The position numbers and the translations under genes are program-made. A stretch of 55,397 bases of DNA, the filler included, from Sphacelaria rigidula (lineage: Eukaryota): assembly GCA_964200075.2 (NCBI GenBank). It is 4 parts of 4 records of this genome, joined end to end, with 100 filler letters (N's around TTAATTAATTAA, not from the genome) between each part and the next. Parts side by side here need not be neighbours in the genome. Positions count along the whole stretch, not along the records: positions 13,877 to 27,650 come from CAXNAA020002677.1; positions 27,751 to 41,524 come from CAXNAA020002678.1; 2 more parts are not named here. One strand, written 5' to 3'. Of this stretch, positions 24,301 to 35,600 are shown one piece after another (positions within the stretch are counted from its first letter, which is position 1; each line of letters opens with the position of its first letter). Below the pieces are notes generated by a model. It was not told the origin of the DNA. It saw only the letters and a list, made by a program, of their open reading frames with translations, and ran no database searches.

Positions 24301-27271
24301 TATACAAGGAGGAGCGGGACGTGATGGAGAGGAAAATATAGGATGTAAACGGAGGTGGGATGAAATCGTTTGGTACATTAGGCAGTGGCGAGAAAACGAT
24401 CGTGGATAAAAGGCGGCCACAGACGCCGAAACATGAAGGGGATAAGATACGGGAAAATATTTTTGTGTAATATATGGAAAAAGCGTCATGAGCGCCCGAA
24501 TGTTGGAGGTGTCTCTATTGTAACAGGAACGGCATCCCGTCTCGAAAGAGGTGCGTGGTCCATACCATAGTCAAATGACAAAGGCAAGCAGCAATGAGTA
24601 CGCCCCTTGCGAGGCGTATCATCTTTCCCCTTGGCAGGGCTCCGTATCAAACGCACGTGGAAATACAAAATCGAGAACAGCAAGCCAAGCACCCCTTAAC
24701 TTCGCCCTATTGGTTTATCTTCACTTGTTGATTACCGCGGGTGTGCACCTTTGTCCCAGACCTTCTCGGAGGGATAACTCCATGACACAACGGGCGTGCT
24801 CCTCCTTGAATGTTTTTTCATCCTCCAGAGCCTTCTTGTGCTCCGCCAGCACTTCTTCAATACACGCTCGGCGGTGCTCAGAGGCTTCGGAGATCTGTTG
24901 GACGTTCGGAACGAATAGTCGAAGGGGTTTGTTTCGTTCAAAACTGAAGATATTCCAGTACCATTTATTGGGGTATAATAATTCCGTCACCAAAAGGAGT
25001 CTCAACGAGAGAATATATGTATATGTATAAATCAGGTCGGCTGCGTTTGCGCCTGTATGCAACCTCAGATTCCGTCGACGATTGCTTTGACTTCTTGTGC
25101 TGGTGTGATTAAGTCATTGGAGAAAGAGTCAACACTATAAAAGGCGTCGACCTTGCTGCATGGTTCGTCTCCAGATAGCATGGGGTTTCACTGACAATCG
25201 TCTCGACTCCATTTCGTGCGTTGACTCCTTTCAAGATTTATCAGCAAAGAGTAATACATACACAGTGTTGACTGCGGAAAAATAACGTCAGCTGCAGCGG
25301 CATACATGTTTGGATCTACAGGGGGGGACATCAAACGACAAAGAGGAGCCTCGGGCTTCAAGTACAAGACGCGAACCAAAGCACCTTTACTTCCATGCAC
25401 CCGCCTATGTATGAGAGACAGACGGGTAACTCGCCTCCTTGCGTGGCTCTTGCAAAAACTCTTCCAGTTCGTCCAGCTCCTTGTCATCGTAGTCTCCCCC
25501 GTTTTCAAATCTCTGCACGCATCCGTGGCAGACATGGTGCATTCGACAGCGTGAGTCGGTTGAGATCGTCTACCTTTTCCGTGCGAGACCCTCCAGTCCT
25601 GAGCATGTCGAACGCCGAGAACAACCTACACTCGAAGGTCGATCGAATACTCTTATACCATGATACATTGCGTCGGAGATTTGCGACCGTTGGCTTTTAA
25701 ATCTTTCGCAGGGTATTCGCAGCAACGGGCACTCCGTGAATATACCGCAAATATGTTTTTCACTGCGTAGCCCCGTGGTGTGTGTCTGTACCTGTTCTTC
25801 GGCTGTTTTGTGTCCTCTGAGTTTCACCATTTCTGCAGGTTCCTTCTTCTCTGTTCTCTCTTTATTTTCCCCATCGTTCTCTCTACGTATACCTTCTTTC
25901 CTGCGGGTGTAATCAAGAACAGTTCGGCGCCTCGCTTCTGTATGCTCCATGGGTGAGAGGTAGGTTTCATACTCAAAATAGTGAGGTCGTAGTAGATGAG
26001 GTGCACTCTGTTTCCTCGGCATTTTGTTCCAAAGGATTGGGTATGAGTGCAGTTTCTGCACACGACTTGTTCCACCGAAGCCGTGTGGCAGAGGACGGCT
26101 ATTGTTTCTAGTTTTTTTTTTTTTCTTCTCTCTTCTTAGTCTACTCTGTTTTTTTCTTTTTTTTATTCGATTGATTGTCGCACTTTAATTGACCCCCCCA
26201 GGGGTCCAGCCGTGGTCTCATGGTAGACGTGCCCAAAAAAACACGAAACTGAAATACGCCCTAAAAAAAAGAAGGAGCAAAACAAAACAAAAAGTCGAAC
26301 AGAACGACATAGCAGACTCAGTCGTAACAAATGATGTATGTTCTACCTCCTTCTGTTTTTTTCGCTGTTCTTCAGCGAGTGTTCCAGTTTTGTTTGTTTC
26401 GGGTACGTCTATATCATGCGACCACCGCTGGATCCCTGGTCGAGTCTATCGGTTCAACTGCGACAATCAAATCAGATTAGATCAAATCAAATCATTCAAT
26501 GGGTACGTTGCTGCTGGTGATCAAAGAAAGGTGCGTCGGTCGATCTATGCCCGCAAGAATTTTTCAGTTACACATATTTCGTCGTCGCTGACGCGCTACT
26601 CGTGGACACATTCAGGCTCACAAATGCCGGCAACCATCGCTCGCTCTCGAACGATGTCGCAGCATAGAGCAAAAGGGAGCACGCGGTTAAGGACGTGCGA
26701 GGTCATCGTACCCGGCAAAGCCGTATGACGTCGTCACAAGTGGCTAGTAGACGTGCCGGTTCCTCGTTCACGAATCGCTCCAGTCGCAGAACAAACGCCT
26801 CTCGCTCGGCCTCAAATGCAGCCACGAGACGCTTACACCTGGATTCCGTGCCTTGCAGGGCCGCGACGCTTGTGGCCTCAGAGAGACTAGAAGATATGGC
26901 GCCAAGAGCCTGGTGTAACGGGAGACGCATGTGATCGCTGTAGGCAAGAGCGGAAGTAATACTTCAAAGTATATGCGTTGTTGCCCCCGGGATTCTCTCA
27001 TGCGGAATGTTTCAGGGCAGTCTCTCCCTTTCAGATTAGGATCGAGACATGCCTCAGAGTCCCAGTAGGGCCGTCCTCGACTTTTCCCGTTGTATGGCAT
27101 TACCGAGTAAGCATCGAACTCAACGATTTATGTTTGATAGCAATTGCTCCGGTGGAAGAAAATATTAAGCAATTGCAGGTTTGGCACCTGGGAAAATTCT
27201 TGGCAGGCAGAGGATGCCTTGTGCATCTCGTATCGAAAAGCTTTCTCCTGCTCCGCCAGCTTTTCTCTGGT
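18327..27271 (-). CDS. CCDC180: CCDC180-like coiled-coil ciliary protein (DUF4456-type C-terminus), partial multi-exon gene
   Basis: Exons at about 27271-27100, 26937-26712, 25535-25430, 24900-24750, 22633-22083, 21825-21596, 20752-20610, 20412-20153, 19799-19124 and 18440-18327 (some boundaries approximate). Motifs: ELSLREGLGQR|YGAPRRNAQERLRS, LRPVLGSADRRDELQELLTLEAGR, FVTTAHRAMVAARDAV, and the terminal LDDELHWDTKWKQLVDLL*. Confidence 0.75.
20951..21226. mobile_element. ~276-bp intronic element with 36-bp inverted repeats enclosing a tRNA-like sequence
   Basis: 20951-20986 matches the reverse complement of 21191-21226 at 32/36. Internal A-box-like tgctcaatggt (~20994) and B-box ggttcgagtcc (~21036). 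A third copy of the repeat lies at ~21157. Confidence 0.7.
23185..23335 (-). repeat. Non-LTR retroelement 3' tail with (AATC)n-type end
   Basis: gattgattgatcgtcgcactttgactgacccccagggatcc...; homologous to both arms at 26168-26495. Confidence 0.6.
23470..24695 (+). mobile_element. 5'-truncated, degenerate LINE (region C-terminal to RT) in a CCDC180 intron
   Basis: WDAHIEKV...IKRCILMNVIVPKLEYAGEIW...LETVQMIAAKRI...SNTVRRAEMG is typical of the post-RT region of non-LTR elements. A degenerate Zn-knuckle (LCGKAIE..THEV) follows, with stops and frameshifts. Confidence 0.85.
26168..26495. repeat. Two inverted retroelement 3'-tail copies
   Basis: gattgattgtcgcact...caggggtccagccgtggtc (26169-26217) versus gaccaccgctggatccctgg...tgcgacaatcaaatc (26420-26495). 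Confidence 0.65.
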
Positions 27272-27650
27272 CTGCCGGATAAATCTGGCCGTTACAATTG
27301 ATTATACAGGATGACTGGCCGTGTTGAGGCTCAGCATGATTCACGTTTCTCCCGTTGATGTCAACCTAGAAAATATGTATATTCAGCGAAATTGGCGGCT
27401 GTAGTAGTTTCTGGTCCTCTCCTCTTATGTGGCCAACCGCTTGATTTTAATTCCCTTAACGATCAATGACTAGCGGACCGCCAGGTCGGAATTCAAGGCG
27501 CCGTCAGCAGTCGGGATATAGGATGAGCGGTGCAACGCCTCACCCCCCTCTATCCCCATGCATGCAAGAGTATGAGTACATCACCTCTACCCCCCCCCCC
27601 CCTGACCCCCGATGGGGTTGGCGTCGCTTGGCGATGACGCTGTAAAACAC

Positions 27651-27750
27651 NNNNNNNNNNNNNNNNNNNNNNNNNNNNNNNNNNNNNNNNNNNNTTAATT
27701 AATTAANNNNNNNNNNNNNNNNNNNNNNNNNNNNNNNNNNNNNNNNNNNN
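27651..27750. other. Artificial linker (N44-TTAATTAATTAA-N44)
   Basis: 100-bp N run with a six-frame stop spacer. Confidence 0.98.
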
Positions 27751-28250
27751 CTGATTCCCCAAAAACCAACAATAACAAATACTGTACAAGACATGCTGCG
27801 GCCTGCCACGGAAGAGCCGACAAAAACATGTACCTGCTGCTCGCGACACCCTGCACTGTACTATGGCTATGGGCATTCGTTGATATAAAACAGTGCAGTA
27901 CAGAAGCGATTCTATGCAAGCACTGAAGTATACCTCCTGTAGTAACCACATTACTGTACATCACGACAAACCGTCATCGACTGCATCCACACTTCTCACC
28001 GACTGACTATAACTATGCATGCTGCTATAGAGCCGTCGCAAATGAAGTACTGATTCCCCAAAAAACAGCAATTACACATATTGTACAAGACATGCTGCGG
28101 CCTGCCACGGAAGAGCCGACAAAAACATGTACCTGTTGCTCGCGACATTCTGCACTGTACTATGGCTATCGGCATTTGTGATGTAAAACAGTGCAGTACA
28201 GGAGCGATTCTTTGCAAGCACTGAAATATTTCTTCTGTGGTAACCACATT
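27751..28250. repeat. ~299-bp tandem repeat, at least 1.7 units, cut by the block edge
   Basis: ctgattccccaaaaa...gacatgctgcggcctgccacggaagagccgacaaaaacatgtacc occurs at 27751 and 28050. Confidence 0.9.
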
Positions 28251-31200
28251 CAGTATTATTCCTTTTCAATAATATGGAGGTGGTGGTTTTGGAGAATTGG
28301 CGCCGAAACACAGTACACCTGACGTCTGATGAAGCCGAAAGTTGATATGCGTGTGGATTGAGGCCAAAGCTATGTGTCGGCGCGGTAGTTGCGGCGATCC
28401 AATGCGTAGCGCGACTTGAAACAATGATTTTGCACGATGCGGAACCTGTTCCGAAAAGTAGAACACTTTCCAGTGACAGTTCTAGAGGGTAATGATATCA
28501 AACCCGTGCGGAGCCAGGGGCATATCTTGCCAGCCTTGTTGTCTACATCGGCCCCCTGTCGGTCGAGGCTGGCACCAAGACGAAAAATGTTCATCAATGA
28601 AGGTCCTCTATATGTTAAAGGTTGATTCTGTCGGGGTTTAGGCACCGTGTCGAACAAGAGAGTAGCCAAGAGGAGAGTGTGTTCAGCCGAGGAGTACTGC
28701 GAACCTGCACCGGCAGCGGGCAACGTCTCTTATCCTACAGTGCCAGACTTACCTCCTCATCACGGCGGCGTGAAAATGATAGGGGGGGTAGTTGTAGTTT
28801 TCTTCTACCCCAATCAACCGAATATTCTGCGACGTCATCGTCCCACGTTGAGAAATTGGCCTTTCCCTGACAGGCACGCCATCAGCGTTTTGCGGACTTC
28901 ACGCCATTTCCATTTGCTTTCAGTATGCAAGTTCCGCGATGTAGGCAACAACCTGTGGCGACAAGTGTACTGCATACAGTATCACACGTAGTTTGTATCG
29001 CGACCACATTTTCCATACTGTATGCAGTACACTTGTTGGGGGCAAACGCCAGGGGAGGGGGTACACTGCGGAATGCCGCGGGGACAAAACAGGAAGCGTG
29101 GGCAGTAAGAACATGTCTGGCAGCAGTAATGTCCACCCGTAACCCTGGTGCAGTCCCTGCATCACCGTGGACCGTGTCTTCGTCGATGAAGGTCGTTGTG
29201 ACCGACATCTATCGCTTGGACTTGGCGTAACTTATAAAGCCCGTGGCGGCATCATGTGCGGTGACAGTACAGTGCAGTGCGACTGTCTGTTAGAGGAAAT
29301 TTGAAGCAAAGACGGCGCACGAACCTTTTCACCGTTTATTCTGGTGGGATGCGGATAACTATAATATCCTCGGCGCCATGTCGCTGGGAAAAGTACAGTC
29401 GAGGTACAGGCGGCATTTTCGTGGCCAGTTCGGCATCGCTTCGCATCGTAGCATACATACACGTACGCGAGGCACTGGCTGCGGAGGCCCGGAGTGATAC
29501 CACAGAAGGGGTTCACACTTTTTCCCTTCGGGTTACATCTGTCAGGAGCCCTTTCTCTTATCCGAAACACGACTTATGAAATATGTGAGAGTACGCCAGG
29601 ATTATTTCCCACTGTGCTATGAATATTCCGCACAGATTTGCAAACGGGGATGCCCTGACCCATATCCTTTTGCATCCAGCATCGCTACAAGCCCCTGAAT
29701 CAGACAACATATTGTATGAGAAGTGCACCCCTACCGTGGCATTGCTCCCGGGGGGAACCTTGGCCCCTCGCATTATCATGACCCTCCAATGTTCGGGACA
29801 GAGTATTCGTGGCGATCAGCATGCCGATGGGTGTTTGTTTACTCGCGGGAATGTGGATTGTCGGGGAGGCACGGTTCATGTGCCCAAGGTGTCGTTGCAG
29901 TTGTTGTTCTTGCTGTCTGCACATTTTACACCGTTCCGACAAGAGGACATCGCTCTGTACCGGACATATTCCGCGGACGCTTCCCGTGGTGAAAGACAAA
30001 AATACCCTAACATGGGGCGAAAAATTTTCAAAACAACTACTCGTACAAAAAATAAAGCAAACAGATGCGATACCAAAACAGAAAAAAAAATCGAATAAAT
30101 TTGGTGACAAAACAACGACAATAAAAACGAGACGAGGATAGAGGGGATCGTCGGTACGCGCGCGATCTCTTGGCGGTACAAAGCCGTGCACACCGCGCGA
30201 CCATACGTATCGCGAAACGCGACAGAGGTTTTGGGTGCACCGCCATCCGTCGCGCACATCTTCCAACCACTGCGTGCGGTGAAAACGTTCCGCCCTAACC
30301 CTCGATGCATTGCACCGCTCGACGACTGATACAACCTCGAATGAGTGTTACCATACAGCATCACGCCACCAATACTGTCTACGCCCCTGCACGGCGGCGC
30401 CATTGCGCTACATGAAAATCCAAGCCTCTACCCGCCCGCGCACCCACACAAATGCCATCGCACCGCACAGCCCGCAACTGTGGGTGCTTCCACACCAGTA
30501 GTCCTTCTCTGTCGTCGAAAGTGTCACCACCATACCTCCCAACAATTTGCTGGGTGTCACACCTGACGGGCGGACCGTGAGACATCCAGCATGGACGTCA
30601 AGTACACTCGCCGCCGGGTCCCGACGTCGGGATCTGCGCGGCAGAACCACTGGGTGACCGGCGTTACTACAGCAGAACTTCATCGACCCCGTCCCTACAG
30701 CCGCATCTCGTGCCGTTAATGGTCATGTCCTGCCATCCTGCGGCGCCCTTCGTCCCATGGACAACGAGTAAAACATTAGACCTGCCCCACGTGAAAACCT
30801 GCGCCAGTCCCAAAAACAAGAGCGCACGACAGTGGTGTGGCATCTTGGATTCCGATGAAGTTTCAGCATGAACTTCCTTTATGTCAGGCGCTAATTTCAC
30901 TACTGTCGGGAATGTTTGTAAATACTCTCATATGTGGCGATAGTCCTTGACTTGCGAGCGCCCCTCCTCTCGTCACCGTGCAGTTTTCCAAGGTTGTGTT
31001 GAGTCAGGTGCGGTTTTCTGTATGCCCGAGGCATTTACCCGGGTATATACGACCTCCCAATCTTTTGTTTCCAAGCCACTGTTCGTGCTCCTAATAGAGA
31101 CACCTCCAACATTCTGGCGCTCATTACGTTTTTTCTGCAGCTCATTGCGGGGGAGGGGGGGGGGGGGGGGGGGGCAGCGCCTCCCTCTGGATGTTGACGG

Positions 31201-32635
31201 TCCTCATCTCCATTTTGCTGCTTCCTCGTGTGTTTCATTTTCAGGTGCATCGGAGTCTGTACATAAACGACTCACTACTGGTGGTAATAACGCGAACAAA
31301 AACGGTGTGTGCGCTAATCATCCGGCGATGATTGTATCCATTGCATCAAAAAAAAAATGCTTCGACAGCATCCGGGAGTCCAACGGGCGACAGGTGTTCC
31401 AAGAAGTAGGTGGGGCACAGGACGCCATTCATCTTCGACTACTCTATGGCGGGTAATACGGACACGGCGTGTTGTCCATGGGGGGATGTTCTGCGCTGTC
31501 TTGCTCCCAGCATGCACGTTGTTTCCATTTTACCTCCGTATCCATATTGCAAAAAAAAACAGAGGCCGTTGACTGCTCACCACGCCGCCGGAAGCGGGCG
31601 GTTCTCTCCGCTCAGAAATCCCCGGGCTCCGGCAAGCTCTCGGCATCCAATTCCTCCTTACTGTCTACCGCGCTACCATCTGCTTACATCGACAATGGTG
31701 GGGGAATTGTGGGCAGGGGTCGGCTGGCGATGAAGCCCATGTCAGCGGCCATGCGCCGTGTTATCGGGCGCCAGTGGAAACCTGTACACGATTTAAAGTG
31801 AAAAGCGGTCAATCAGTCACTGAATCGTATCAGTTCCGAAATGCCACTCCACGAGGCCCGATGTTATCTCGGTGGTAGTTCGCCACTGAGGCCCTTGATA
31901 TCCCTGAGTAGGATATCGACATGTAGCTGTAAGCACACGCTAGTGATGGAGGCAGAAAATAGCACACACGAAATGAAGAAATGGCCGAGTATGAGCGAAT
32001 GGCCAAAGGCGGCACTCTCAATCCGCGCTCTACTCTCCATCTCGCGAAATCATTCTTGGCCCCATTCGAACAGGCAGGGTAAATCGGTACCTACTGTCGG
32101 AGTTGCACACCCGTATAGCCGCACACCCTCCCCACGTAACCCGCATGCCCACCTACCTTACTTGCGACACATGCCCTGCACCTGAGTCTGATTCCTCTTC
32201 GTCCGATCGCCAGTCAGTCGCACGTCGATTAGAAACCCCCAAGTCGCTGCGACCACCTGCGAAACGCACGCATTGGCATATTGGCTGCTCAGTCAATGTC
32301 TCCGACATTCGGCGCGATAGCAGTCCTACTTCACATTTGTAACCGGTGACGGCGAACAGACGCCAGTCCTCAACTTAAACACTTTCGCCAGGTTTTCTCG
32401 TCGTGCCCACATTCCTCTACTCCACGTTCAAATGTTGCACATAGTACTGGGCGGTCTAACAAATACGGCGAGCCCCAGGGTTTTTATCGTGTATTACTCT
32501 TCGATAGTGCCAGCGCCGGTAGAATTACGTACTATAAACAGGTCATCCTCGATACATAGTGCCCAAGTCTGAGTGACTTGGTGATCGGGCGAAACGAGTG
32601 AAAAGTTGGCCGAATTTCCGCGTGAGAGCGCTGCT

Positions 32636-35600
32636 TTACTCACCGTCTGCGGGCCCCGCCACCCCCGATGTAGCATCCGCTGCATGTCCCGCTGAGGTAG
32701 TCTCAGCCGCTGCGCCATCTGTGCCCAGGTGGGAAGGTCCGCATGCACCTTTGCACCCGCAATATCCATATACACATTGCTTGCCCCTCTTGCCACAACT
32801 GCAGTTCTTGCATTTGTGCCTCGCAGCCTTGTCTGGTTTGCACTGACACTTCAGTAACTTGACTCGCCCCTCCTGCATGAGGAGAGGATACGGCGACAGT
32901 CTGAACACCACATTATCCTTCGTCTAAGGCGCCCTGTCGCCCCCGTCACTTGTACACCAGCCGCGGCCTTCGAACAAAGTCGGAGGGGTTGGTAGGTGAA
33001 TGGCTCCCTACCAATATTCCAAAACGGCGTCGCCCCTGTAAACGTGCAGCTCCAGCGCACCCCACCTCGGGCAGTTCTTCTCACCCATTGCTCCTGTGGC
33101 GGTCCAGATCGCCTCCTGTACGACGTCTGCAAATTTCCGGGCATCCCTACTGACCTGGGCAGACTCGAATGGATCAGCGGCGCCGCCCGGAAAAGTCGGG
33201 TTGAATACCTTCACGTGCTCCTCGAGGCAACATACGCACAGCATCTTCATGGCGGCTGTCGTGTCCACCTACCATCTGCCATCGCGGACGGAAACGATGG
33301 GTTCAGTGAACAAGCGAGGCATGGCGATAGTCCTTCGCACGTGACGCAGCATGGTCTTGAAGCCCATGTTATACATCGCCAGCAGGAAATCGCATCCAGC
33401 CAGGGAATACAAAACCACGAATAACACCCCTTTCGCCGCGTCCGACAGCCACGCTGGCGCCACGCCCACCGCTGCGGCAGCACCCGCTGCCCATTCCTCG
33501 CTATTGCATACGGCCTCGTTCACTCTATTCACGAGGATGAACTCCTCCGCTCCCTGTTTTTTCTTATTCCTAACCTGAACATCCACCTTCTCGGTTCCCC
33601 TCCACGGTATTGCACCGATCGCCATAGCCAACAATACATGCATGACTTGATCCGTGTCTATGGACGTAACCATCCACTTACGCAGGCCACGAACGATCGC
33701 GTACTTCTCGTGGTGCACAATCATGTGCGTCGTGGCCAGCTCCCTCTCACCGATGTGGGCGCCAGGCATACGCTTCAGGCCCTCATGCCCCCAAACCAGC
33801 GTTTCAGGTGCATCGCGTCGGTGACTGGCGGCAGTTCCCCCCTGCTCCACTCCTGTGGATTTTGCGCCGCTGCCACCACCAGAGACGCTGCTGCCGCCCG
33901 CCGCATGCCACGGAAGTGGCATATCGGCGGCGCTCTTCCAACCCCATCCGGCCGTCCCCGGTTCGGTACAGCCCAAAACCCCTGCTCCAGGTGGGACACG
34001 CGAGGCCAGGCCGGGCCGCACGCCGGTGGCCTCGCCATCTGAATACCGCCACCCGGGACCACCTGCCAAATTGCCTACAAGCACATTCACGCTACGCGCG
34101 CGGAGCACTTGGGGCGTAGGGGCCAGGGCGACGCCACCAGAAGCCGGCCCATGTATCAGAGTGGTTCCCACGATGCCCCTGCAGATGGGGGGGCGGAGGG
34201 GGGTCGCACCCTTCGAAGGTGTGGCCCCTCTCGTATCAACATAGCCTGGCGGGATGTTTTCCGAGTCGGGCACTGCAATCATGACAGGATGTCTATATGC
34301 TGCCGACGGTTGTTGGGGGTCCGCGGGTGCAGCTGTCGGCGGAGTTGCTTCTGGCGTTGGGAGGACGGGGTGCACTGGGCGAGGCCAAGATATACCGGTG
34401 AAGATGAATGTCGCGTCCCCTCTTCGGCCTTTGTCGTCCCTGTGCCCGACGACGTAGTTGCGGATGTCCGCGGCAATATCGTCCCTGTTATTGTGCGCGC
34501 GGAGATACGCCTGAAAGTCGCCACCGCTCGGGATTTCATCGGAAGAGGCGGGGTCGAACACACCATGTGAACCAGCGAGGCCGGCGTTTCGGCCGGCTTG
34601 TTCTGTAGCTTTAATCGGAGACACGAGCGGCGAGTAGTCGTAGCACAAACCGACGAAAGTGGCCCCTAACGCCGAATACTCCGTAAGGATTTTATCCCGG
34701 AGCTCCGGCAGCAGCGCGACCGCACCGGCGTCGAGGATGCTTGACGGGGGTGTTCGATGGAGTTCCGTCGCCAAGTCGACAGCAGAAGCGTGAACGGAGT
34801 CATGCGGCGACGGTTGGACGGAATCCGCGCACTCGCCGAGCATAAATTGTCGTATTCCCTTTGACTTGTTCGCTTTGCGGCCGCCCCCGTCGCTGGCATG
34901 CGCCATCGCCAAAGGCAACACCGCACCAAGGCTGTGCTTGAGTATCGCCAGTTCCTCCGCCGTTCGCACGCGCGCCCTGCTCAGGATATCGGCCGGGATA
35001 GCGTGATATTCCTTGCCCTGGAGAGTTAAGTCTTTGTAGTCCTTCTGCAGCGCGCTTTTCCTCTTTGGCGTCTTCGAAGCTTTCGTGGTCATGTTTTGCG
35101 CCTTGAATACGGGGAAAGTGGTTTTCTTCGGCCGTCCTCCGTGCGGACCCCCCTTTGCCACCACGTTGAGAACCTCGTATCTTCTTCGTCGCCAACATTT
35201 TCTTCTGGTCCTCCGCGCTCGCCACCCTTAGGTTGAAGGACTTCAACTTGTCTGCTCCATCCTCGGAGAAGGCGGTGCACTTCCGCACGAACGGCAAGAC
35301 CTTCTCCATCGCCTCCGCCCTGTCCCTGATGACCTCCGCCGTGGTGGCGCGCTCCTTCGGAGTTGGATATAGCTGGTCGTCCACTGCGCCCACGGCTTCT
35401 TGCCGGCTCTCGCAGATCGGAGCCAGCTTCCTTATGAAGCCGGGGGTGATCCTGCCGATCGCTGATTTCACCACCTTATTCGTCATCTCCTGGTACTCGT
35501 CGAGGGCGACGTTGTGATGTTCTCGCCAACCGAAACTGGCAGAGAATAATGTCCCCGCCGCGCGAAAGTCCCCGTCCGTCATCCTTGTGACATGGGAGAT

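Noticed and set aside
28915-28950. Left TIR of the Academ element (gtatgcaagttccg versus gtacgcaaggttccg)
   Set aside because: The match is only ~13 nt, lacks the terminal TAG and has no TSD; it could be chance.
28250-32600. Protein-coding genes in the many short ORFs
   Set aside because: No consistent exon chain or recognisable domain could be built by eye; possibly decayed TE sequence.
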